Assembly (NCBI GenBank): GCA_977017575.1
Contig: CDRNVI010000045.1
Span: 248,001 to 312,000, forward strand
Reading direction: 5' to 3'
Length of the DNA: 64,000 bases
Origin: Paramoeba atlantica
Taxonomy: Eukaryota > Protista > Discosea
In this document: piece after piece, positions 46,401 to 54,900 of the stretch
Numbering within the stretch: the first letter of the stretch is position 1
How the letters are laid out: each line of letters starts with the position of its first letter
The notes under the pieces: generated by a model
The model's database searches: none
What the model was told of the DNA's origin: nothing
The model's input: the letters and a program-made list of their open reading frames with translations, nothing else
Translations under genes and position numbers: made by a program

Positions 46401-46891
46401 TCACTGAACCGCGCATTCACTCCTCATATTACTGCACCAAATGTAAATGCTCCATCGCCGCCGACGTAGCCGAACAGCATCCATGTAAAGCACGCCGTAT
46501 CCGCTCGGGACCTGATCTCGCCATCATGTGGCCACACATGGGGGAAGTGCTCTATGACTTCACGGTGGTGCACACCTGTTGCAACAGTTACGCGAAACAG
46601 ACCAGTTCAGCACTCATACAACAAGCGATCGATCGAAAAATCAAGAAATATGTCTCCGAAAAGGGTGTCGATAGTGAATACTTCCGTTGTCTGGCCACCT
46701 CAGACTGTGGCCTTCTACACAATGACACCAAGGCACTTTTGAAGGCAATAGCGCAGCGCGCAAAAATGAACTACGACAATGTACGACAGGGATTTCAACT
46801 TGAGCTTGAAAAGATGTCCGCATACACGGTGGTATCTCAACTACGTGAGTACATTCCGAAGGATAACTGGATAGGTGGACTTCGCTTCTAG
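43442..46891 (+). CDS. Intact CRE/SLACS-like ORF (1149 aa): barrel-like module, RT, Zn finger, restriction-like endonuclease
   Basis: IIALPKPQNGIRP, VDFSNAYN, GIRQGSALS, YQDD, CPGC..H..CSRC, KH and GPDL..YD. Confidence 0.92.
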   Translation: MTRPARGSANTPKSMSVKSGRVTVKIRTQDTNSKEKIVKSDAAIKNSTTEKPKKTPRIRVIGAEPLSKNWVDHGTPTITPVKNIIKITPQKFKIVSNQENSGNAREINTQFSFPTAENGQESDIESERDQMTLDSDSDADQGEMAMRNNSTKAADQVHNTVAKWGKGTECVIEWGFRQNSESYKSKGTVVGRTARKGNVKIKASYEPALGNQGPSGVLYLPQSDKIKIYSLRATKLLQVETAIQNLEEESENVSSDDSGCDLDPLPDLPNIEPSFAVHVVAIFRAIIRGYATVELDSEKAAIWHKFMNAPRDSLATVRDAIRTQRVGHVRKERNELSDGINLSAEQRAELEIDRRAIRNALRTAKAGNLGKATRILDNVYKDSTLSAEEKFQKLRELHPDGPPIQIPEADFPRIGVVESSELRLAVEKLARGASPGPSGLSESMMRLLVDDDVSCLSLCHMVRDVINGEVPLSVRKRLTRCRIIALPKPQNGIRPVAMGDTILKICGSILLQRHETTLKTFFAPIQRGVLHKNACETIVHELLQEYEDGHALLTVDFSNAYNTPRRDAIAQTLVSNPIFKPFLRLFYFEYGLPSELLFFAHNALYAVLESSSGIRQGSALSSMYFCALLQSPIREVASLYPDVTIRAYQDDVTLSSKNVLSLEAAFLHLRELTSDLNLHVKFQKCEWFQKNTTFDDELLSLNRLGVNSRNDALKILGAYIGANEVIKDLLLRKMEKHKCLFRRLLLMGPSNLSLAILRRCTIPRQDYHMRVHRPEATTRLAEAFEDHVQQVLKKWCGADTQALQLAVLPQKLGGLGLISSTLKQKYYFETARKSIVEHPKPNNAPVGIKGGDKVHANGQSRSEVAQKLLKKKMKEEHEKKAYELRKNSQLELVMKRTMENNLHLESTSNYINPYLFRYTLMMRLGISLPQAPAKVTCPGCCTQESPSSIIPHVAGCSRCSGMNCTRKHSHIVRYLSELCSKAGLPNITEPRIHSSYYCTKCKCSIAADVAEQHPCKARRIRSGPDLAIMWPHMGEVLYDFTVVHTCCNSYAKQTSSALIQQAIDRKIKKYVSEKGVDSEYFRCLATSDCGLLHNDTKALLKAIAQRAKMNYDNVRQGFQLELEKMSAYTVVSQLREYIPKDNWIGGLRF

Positions 46892-47039
46892 AAGGTCACT
46901 AAGTGTGTTCGAATACTCTCCCTCCCCCAGTCTTCTCTCACTTTGCTTCTTCTTTCACTTTGCTTCTTCCACCTAGTTACTTGCTCTTTCCTAGCCAAAG
47001 ACGATGCGCTAGCCGAGCTACTCCCATCCTCCTCTTCCT

Positions 47040-48025
47040 CAAACACTACCAAGATGGTTGTGCAATACTATCGGTAGATCTTCGCAACGCGTTTAACTCG
47101 CCGTCTCGCGACGAAATAGCCAAAGCGTTATTCGCCTTTGCTTCGCTGCGTCCATTTCAAAGACTATTCGCCGCCGAATATTGCAACCCGTCCGAACTTC
47201 TCTACTATGGAAGAAATGGAGAGCTTAAGGCAATCTTGAAAAGCTCAGCCGGTGTTCGCCAAGGGTCGCCGCTGTCGTCAATGCTTTTCTGTACTTTCAT
47301 GCAACCTATTCTAGCCACCATCGCTCAAGAGTTTCCTACGCTTAAGATTTACGCTTTCATAGATGATATCAACTTCGCTGCTACGGACCCTGGAATGTTA
47401 GAAAGCGCTTACCAAAGGCTCAAAGAACTAATGATCTCCAAAATGATTGATATGGCACCTCAAAAGTGTGTATGGCTTGCCGGTCACCAAAGGCTTGCCT
47501 TACCGAAGTCGCTTGAGTTGGAGGGGATTCAGAATGAGTCTGAAGCCATAAAAACTCTAGGGGCCTTTGTAGGGGACAAAAACCGCGTTAGCGAGAAACT
47601 CTTATCCACACTTAATAAATCACGTGCGGCTTTTCGGCGACTTGAAACAATGGGGGCGAACAACATATCTCTCCTGTTACTGTCGAGATGTGTCAACGTG
47701 AGACATAGATATCAAATAAGAGTTCACGACCCAGAGGTGACACTGGAAGTAACACAACAATTCGATGCCAAAGTAAACGAAGTTCTTGAGAAATGGTTTG
47801 GAAAGTTAACCGTCAAGCAAATTTCTTGGGCCAGACTGCCGATTCGGAAAGGCGGCCTGGGATTAACACCCTCAGAATTCATCCGTGAGGCTGCATTTAA
47901 CAAGTCAAAGTTTTCCGCAATGGAGCGAACAAACCTACCATCAGCTCTAGCCGAAACTTTGTACTTGCAACCAAGCCAAAACCCGGAAGGAAACGAGTCC
48001 ACTGAACGGCCACCAGCCGAAGAAC
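47040..48025 (+). pseudogene. CRE RT and thumb fragment
   Basis: VDLRNAFNSPSR, GVRQGSPL, FIDD and RLPIRKGGLG. Confidence 0.9.
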
Positions 48026-48039
48026 TCTGTACCTTGTGG
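48026..48039 (+). other. SL 3' relic (TCTGTACCTTGTGG, one mismatch) heading a third CRE copy
   Basis: Followed by a short UTR and ATGGGCATGTTCAC, the start of the MGMFTRSR ORF that resumes at 49707. Confidence 0.65.
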
Positions 48040-48087
48040 TTGTTGTTTTTTTTAATATTATTAACCCCCCGTTATGGGCATGTTCAC

Positions 48088-49706
48088 GTCAGGGCATCCG
48101 GCTTATGTCGGATGATGGGACTTAGCGATCCCAGCTTCCCGAGCTAACTCACCCGGCGTCGCATAACAAGGCGCTAAAGAACTAGGGTGAATCCGATGAA
48201 TACAATATGGATGACACTACCCGGTGCCAGTAAAACGAGGCACTAAATAATTGGGTAGGGGGGACCTTCGATGAAGCTTCATCGAAAGTGTACAACTTTC
48301 GATGAAGCACATTGAAAGTTGTACACTTTCGATGAATCTTCATCGAAGGTGTTTTTGACTTTTTTTTTATTTTTTCAAATCTTCACGCAAACGTTTTTCG
48401 CGGATCCATATAGACATTTTGACTTTTTTGGTGCTTCATCGAAGTGTTTTGTGAAGGCTCGTAGAGGAATTTCACCGTTTCTTCAGTTTATCTTCATCGA
48501 AGCGTTTTTGACTGATCCATATAAATATTTTGAGCGACAATCCTGCGGAAGGGGTAAACACAGGATTTTCGTTGAGTACTCAACGAAGTGCCGGATTTTC
48601 GTTGAGTGCTCAACGAACGGAAATTTACGGTGGAAATCAAGGACTTTTGCATAAGTCAAGGACTTTTGTGGAACATCCAAGAATTTTTTTTGATTTTCAT
48701 TTTCCGTGCGTTCAGTATCCTACACTTCTCTATATACGTTGACAACGCCTGCGTAGCGAAAACTACGAAATTCAGTGAGCTTCGCAAATTGCTTCCCACT
48801 AACGACGCACAGGGGAACCCTACGCGGGGTACGGCTCAGGCCCGCTCACGCGGGCCCTCGCCGTTTCGCGGCCGCGCGCACCCCCGCTCACGCGGGGGCC
48901 CCCGCGCGGCCAAAATGGGTACTAAAATTTGTTATCAAGGTAGTTGGGCTTCGCCAATTGCTTCCCACGAATGGGTACTAAAATTTGTTATCAAGGTAGT
49001 TGGTCAAGATTATCAAGATTATCAAGTAGTTATCAGTTGGGCCTTTGTTCCTCCTCCCTCTAAGGTCCTGCAGATTTTTTACGGTCACAGGGTACGTTCG
49101 TTGAGAAATCAACGAACGTACCCCTAAGCCAAAATGTGAAAGAAAACGGAAAGTCAGAATTCAGACAAAAAAACAAAAAATTATTGAATTTAAAATGAAA
49201 TTATATGTTTCATGCAACGTGTTTTCAACAGCCAATGGAAAAATTCGTTCAAAAACAAAAAGTTAAAAAAGTCAAAAAAAGTCAAAAACAACTTCGATGA
49301 AGATTCATCGAAGGTCCCCCCTAGCCAAATAATTAGGGTGGATGTCATTCTGGCAACCTAGAATGGGTGGCACCGCCCGGTACCGAATATAACAAGGTAC
49401 TAAGAAACTAGGGTGGGTGCCATTCGGGCTAATCTTTGGAATGTGTTTGTGTTTTTTTTATCCACCCTCAAAAGATAGAGTGGTTTTTTTGGTCAAGGGG
49501 CGCCTTATTTGCATTACCTAAGGCGCAGGGGTATAGCGCACCCCACCTCCCTAGCTGTAACCTAATTCCTCTCCAAGCGGAGGTCAGCCGTAGCTTTCTA
49601 TGGCTGGCTCTCCGGATACGTCGCAAGACGTATTCGGACTGCCCGTTTGGGGAGTTGAGGGGCCATAACTTTTCGGAGTCAAAAGGCCCAATACATCATC
49701 ATCATC
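48088..49706 (+). mobile_element. SINE-like retroposon copy 2 (about 537 bp after removing the MITE)
   Basis: 14-bp TSD ATGGGCATGTTCAC at 48074-48087 and 49707-49720; (CAT)4 tail; three bulged-hairpin modules; conserved 3' hairpin. Confidence 0.8.
48253..49326. mobile_element. Non-autonomous DNA transposon (MITE), 1074 bp, 8-bp TSD
   Basis: TIR GG(G/C)TAGGGGGGACCTTCGATGAA; TSD AAATAATT at 48245-48252 and 49327-49334; many 20-bp palindromes TTCG(A/T)TGA..TCA(T/A)CGAA. Confidence 0.9.
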
Positions 49707-51243
49707 ATGGGCATGTTCACCCGCAGTAGGGCGAAGGACACTGGAGTAGCTCCAGAGGTCCTACCGCTGCCACCTTCCCGGCGAAAGAAGAAAGTACCCG
49801 AGGAGCGACCTCCGCCGCCACCGCTTCCGCCACCGCCGCCGCCACCACCACCACCAACACTCCAGCCGCCGCTCGCGCATTCGCCGCCCTCGCCCGCTCC
49901 ACCGCCATCTCCTCCACATACGCCTCATCGGTCGCCACCTCCAGCGTTGCCGCTGCCGATGTCTCCGCCAAAGAAGCAAACACCAGAGGAACCGCAGCCG
50001 GTGCCGCCCTCGCCGCCAGCCCAAACGCCGCGGCGCTCTCATAAGCCGTCTCCGGTGCCAAGTCATCCGCAGTCGCCGCCACAGCAGTTGGAGTCAGCAC
50101 CACCTTCGCCGTTACCATCACACGCGTCGCTGCGACCTTCTCTGCCGAATCATCCGCAGTCGGTACGTTCGCCGCTACCATCGAACACGTCAGCGCGGTT
50201 GTTTGTGACCCCAATTCATTCGCAATCGCCGTTACCACAGGCACGGTCGGCACCATTGCCTCTGACATCGCACGTGCGATCGTCTCCGATGCCACATCAT
50301 CCGCAATCGCCGCCACCTTCGCCACCGCAGCCACCTTCGCCACCGCTGCCGCAGTCGCAGTCGGTACCGTCTTCACCTCCACCATCTCACGCACCGTTGC
50401 AAATCAAATCTCCGACGCACAGTCATCCGGGATCTCCTCCACCGCCACCTTTATCTCCACCACCGGTGCCAACGCCGAAGCAGTCGGTCAAGAATCCGCC
50501 AAAGAAACCGTCCTTCTACGACACACTCGCCGCACATTTCCCGTCCCGCTTCCCCACGAGGGCCAGGCGTAATTGTTTCCAAGTCTCATCACCGACCCCG
50601 ACACCCCCGCCAAAACAACATACACCGCCCATAGCACTAGTTCCAGAGCCTCCTTCGGCGCCATCTCAGCCATCTCCGGTCATAACGCCCTCTCCGCCTT
50701 CTTTTCCGCCATCATCTCCGCATAAATATCGTCCGAGCATGCACACAGCATCCCGGAGAGCGATGGTACGAGCACTGAATGGTGTGAGTGTTGAATCAAA
50801 ATCTACAGATCTTGAAAGCAAAGGAAGCTCTTCGACACCGTCCCCATTGCCGCCTCCCTTACCAACGCCGAACACGCCACCACCTATTATGCACTGTGAG
50901 GAGTCGCCCATTGCAAAAGGAGTAACGTACAACTTATACAGAACTCCAATCTTCGACACTGATTTCGAGAATCCTGAAGAACACACAGTCATTGCTCATA
51001 ATCCTGCACACGATCAAAGATGCCAAAACACATCAACCCCCTTATTCCCACAAAATACAAATGATCAAGCACCCATTTGTGTTGATGATGAGTTTTTCGA
51101 TTGCCCATCTCCACCAAAAGATACGACGATCTACGAACAAGCAACGAGTATTGTCGTTTCTCCCCGCGAAAATCAGACATCGAATGCACCTCCACACGAG
51201 AATAATCGGACGGGAACCCACCAGCCAAGTGTATCTGAAGAAA
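49707..51243 (+). pseudogene. Pro-rich N-terminus of a CRE ORF, cut by a YR-element insertion
   Basis: MGMFTRSRAKDTGVAP and RPSMHTASRRA match the 54901 ORF. Confidence 0.8.
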
Positions 51244-52831
51244 ATAAAACTCTTGGAAATGTAATTGGGCCTTTGTACTAGTGTCAGGAATTAAGGAAAA
51301 CATGAAGGACTTATTCGTGAACTACGGCATGATATTATTTGCAAAATTAGACAGACTTTTCTTATTTGTATTTCGCACGAATAAAAGTGGAAATGGTGCA
51401 AACACGTTCGAAAGCACATGATTCTCAAGAGGACTATGCCACGGATAGCGACACTGAACAAACGTGCGGCACATATTACCCAAAACCGAATTCGACACAA
51501 ATCACTTCGAGCCACTCACTTCCAGATGTTTTCCTCACCGAACAGGTCAATACAGTCGTGGAAAAGCTAACGCGTGCACTTGAAAAAGTCACTTCGAAGG
51601 TTGATGCGATGGAGGAGCGTGAATGGAAAAGGCGAAAAGAGACAAACATTACGGATCCATCTGCACCGCGACACGGACAAGCACCTGGGAAAACCTTATG
51701 TCCTCTTCCAACCTCCTTGAAAAAGAGATGCAGTGTGCCAGAAGAGCTCAACAAGCAATACGCCGCACAAAGGGTTATGCTCCCAGAGGAAGTAGAGAGT
51801 CAAGTCAATGAGGTTATGGCGACCATGCAACAGAATGACATAGAAGTCGAAATAACCTGGTTCCCCGTTGGAGGTAGGAAAGAGACAGCGACAACATGGC
51901 GAGGTACGGTAGAGGACAATGGAGACGAGGAAAATCCTATCATTGTTTCCTACCCATGGGGTAACTATCCTCTGCCTAATAGCAACGTGTGTTATACGCG
52001 CATCGTGATATCAGCAAGTGAGCCAAAGATGCCAGGCAAATTGCCCGAATCGGACAATGAAACTGCACCATCAGAAGAGACGAACGACAGTTTCAACCTC
52101 CGGGACGTTACAACATGGAACACATACATTACCCAGGGGCCACTAGGGATTGAAATCCACGGCGAGGGCTCACAGCTGCATCAAGTAAAGTTAAAATGAT
52201 ATAAAAATAGATATACTCATCAAGAAATAAGACTCTGAAAATAGTTCGCATTACTCAGCCCTGAAATATGAGTTCACCTAAATATTTCCAAAATGAATGA
52301 AAAAAGGCCTTGCGCGCTATAACGTAAATATTAAGTACTAGTAGTACGAAGTGAAGGGGCTCAGCCCCCCACACCCCGCAGCCTCCGAACCCACACCCTG
52401 CAGCCGAGGCTGGGGGTTGGTGGGTGGGCCTCGAAACTCGTGTACAGCTACAAAAAGGAAATAAAGTCTACTAAATATGTTGATGTTTGAAAGTCATAAA
52501 CTGAAGAATATGAGAAAGAAGAAACTAATAATACATGTGCCCCGAAGGGCCATATCATAAGTTCATATATTTATGTGCCCCGAAGGGCCAGGTTATTAAA
52601 CGTAAATAGCCCTCGCCTAAATTTCATCTCGTAAACTATTAGAAATATTGAAACAGCGGTTACGAACGGCGCTGGATCTCCCTTCTCGAATGTCACCACA
52701 GCTACAAGCCCTTTGGGATATCTTGTGTGCTTGGATAGACGATAGCGCAGAAAGAGGGGGCGTGAACAGCGACGCCGTCAATCACAAAAACGTCGGCCAA
52801 AGCACAGTTGACCAGATACGCATTCTGCAAG
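51244..52831 (+). mobile_element. 5' part (A repeat and gag) of a second, unspliced copy of YR element 3
   Basis: Near-identical to 39860-41072 reversed; inserted at ATA. Confidence 0.9.
52152..52641 (-). mobile_element. Solo A-B mini-element (490 bp) inserted in gag
   Basis: Removal restores GGGATTGAAATATTGAAAC as in element 3; GAAAT present at both junctions. Confidence 0.8.
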
Positions 52832-53530
52832 GCAACCTTCGAAACAGGCATTCGTGTTTTGACATTTTCTCGAGGAGCTTCTCTTCTACTATTTTATCTC
52901 TGCCGATGTATCCCCCTAGGGGTCCTTGGTTTCCTAAGAAACCTTTCTTTTTATGTAATTCAATCAATTCTCCTAGAACAAAAACAAAGGTCTTAACAAA
53001 AACAAAGGTCTTAACAAAAGCCCGTGGAGCGCATATATTATATACGCGCCGATTACTATCAAATGTTCACATTCTAATAAACTAATATCCCTTTCTTTTC
53101 TTAAGAAGTATTTGAGATGACAAGCTTAAAAACTTGTCTCAGTGTATTGGTCGTGAGCTAGAAACTGGCGGAGTTGAGCGTGGAGGATACTTCCTGCCTG
53201 TTCCTGGTGGAGTAACGTAAATGTTTCCATTACGCTGTGTCTCTCTAGCCCGCAACGGTCCGCAATAGCCCACAGGAGATTTCGAGTGGCGTTGTGCATG
53301 GAACCGCAGGACAGAACAGGGATACATTCAAAGCATTCCTTGTTTATCATGCCACTGTCAACATAGCGTACACGCTTGCGCTTTATCGCTTCGTTCATGA
53401 GGAATGTCGTATTGTGTTTGATATTCGAGGGAGCCAGTTCGTGAACTACTGTGAGGTCGTAGTATTTCTCTCCTGAAGCCCATTGAATTGCGAGGTCGGG
53501 GCCCGTGCGACGCAGAGTACTTCCAACACC
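52832..53530 (-). pseudogene. Two CRE fragments (post-RT piece about 52832-52930 and C-terminus 53126-53530)
   Basis: LGGYIGRDKIVEEKLLEKMSKHECLFRRL; RRTGPDLAIQW..YYDLTVVHE..CIPVLSCG. Confidence 0.8.
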
Positions 53531-53607
53531 TTGTTGAACCTTGTTGTTTTTTTTTCTTTCTGAGTTTCCCCCATGCACCCCTTCACCCCTCCCGGCGTAC
53601 CTTGTCG
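53528..53607 (+). other. Possible tandem SL 3' relics upstream of a LINE ORF
   Basis: ACCTTGTTG twice (53528-53536, 53538-53546) and GTACCTTGTCG (53597-53607). Matches are short. Confidence 0.45.
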
Positions 53608-54834
53608 TTCTTTTACTTAGTCTCTGCCATGACGAAGCGAGGGATCAGGTCCCAGCCAGGATCGAAAAAGAGGCGCAAAGGAAAGCTGTTAGCGAAGAAG
53701 GGGGCGCGCAGAGGTGACACGGAAATGGCGAATGACACAGGAATAGAGGAAAACAAAATGCCAAATTTCGTGGAAAAAAAGCTCGAGGTGAGATGCGAAA
53801 ACAAGTTACCCAAAAATAAACCGAGATTCCGATTAACGAAGCATAGAACCAGATCAATCCCTAGACGAAAACCATATTATCCAGGCATTGTTACGATTGG
53901 TACGCACAACGTTCGGACCTGGAAAGGGTCACCAAACGATGCAACGGAAAGATGGAAAATCGAAGCTTCGGAAACCGCCACAATTGGAGACGAGGCCGGC
54001 GTAGACATTCTAGCCATACAGGAGTGTCGCATACCAGGCGTTGGTAGAAAGGAAATTGTGGGGTTTTCGAACTGTAGATGGACGCTCCTATACAGCGGCC
54101 AAAGAGAATCATGCACGTACAAAAATGGGACGGGTATTATGCTCAATAAGAGAGCAGCTCGAGCCTTGCTAAGTTTTCAAGGAATATCGGACCGCATAAT
54201 TATGGCGAGTTTCAAGGCCCGTAACTCAAGGAATTTGTGCGTTATCAGCGCTTACGCCCCAACGGAAAAAGGCACAAAGGAGGATAAGGACAAATTTTAC
54301 GCGGATCTAGAAATGGCGATACGAAACAAGCCGACCCAGGAAACATTACATATTGCAGGTGACTTTAACGCTTCAATCAAAGCCGACGCAAACTGGCACC
54401 CCACCGTAGGCCCTAATGCCGTAGCAGAGAAAACCAACGACAACGGCTATAGACTTGTGAATTTTTGCGCGTCCCACAAACTGATGATCGCGAATACACT
54501 ACGCCCACATTCAGGTGACAATGAGGGAAACATGCCATACACTTGGACTTGGTATGGTCCAAAGGAAGGGGACCGCAAGCAAATCGACTACGTCCTGGTC
54601 CCTTTGAGCTCCATGGTTCGAAGATGTGATGTAGTACAAGACGTTGAATACAGGAGCGACCACCGCATGGTTCGTACGACTTTATTTTACCCCCTGCTGG
54701 CACAAAAAAGAACGAGAACTCCTTCCGTCAGAATCTCAGATCTACGAAATGAAGCTTGCAGAAAAGTGTACGAACAACACCTTAACGCACACCTAAAACA
54801 GGTTAAACTGGATCCGTCCCCCGACACTACCTGG

Positions 54835-54870
54835 CTTTAACGATAAAGATACAGTTTCTGTACCTTGTTG
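54835..54870 (+). other. Spliced-leader exon (36 nt) at the 5' end of a complete CRE insertion
   Basis: Identical to 43380-43415; followed by UTR, not GT. Confidence 0.92.
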
Positions 54871-54900
54871 AACTACACTCTAAAACTACACTCTTACTTA

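Noticed and set aside
43360-46920. TSD around the 43380 CRE copy
   Set aside because: No duplicated sequence and no poly(A) visible; both ends are fused to other fragments.
48100-48190. HDV-like ribozyme (AGC-TTCCCGA-GCT, GG, P4, CTAA)
   Set aside because: No P1 or P2 partner strands found, and the other modules lack a P3/L3.
49717-50394. Ala/Val-rich antisense ORFs here and at 41106-41499 and 54894-55325
   Set aside because: Shadow frames of Pro-rich coding sequence or GC minisatellites.
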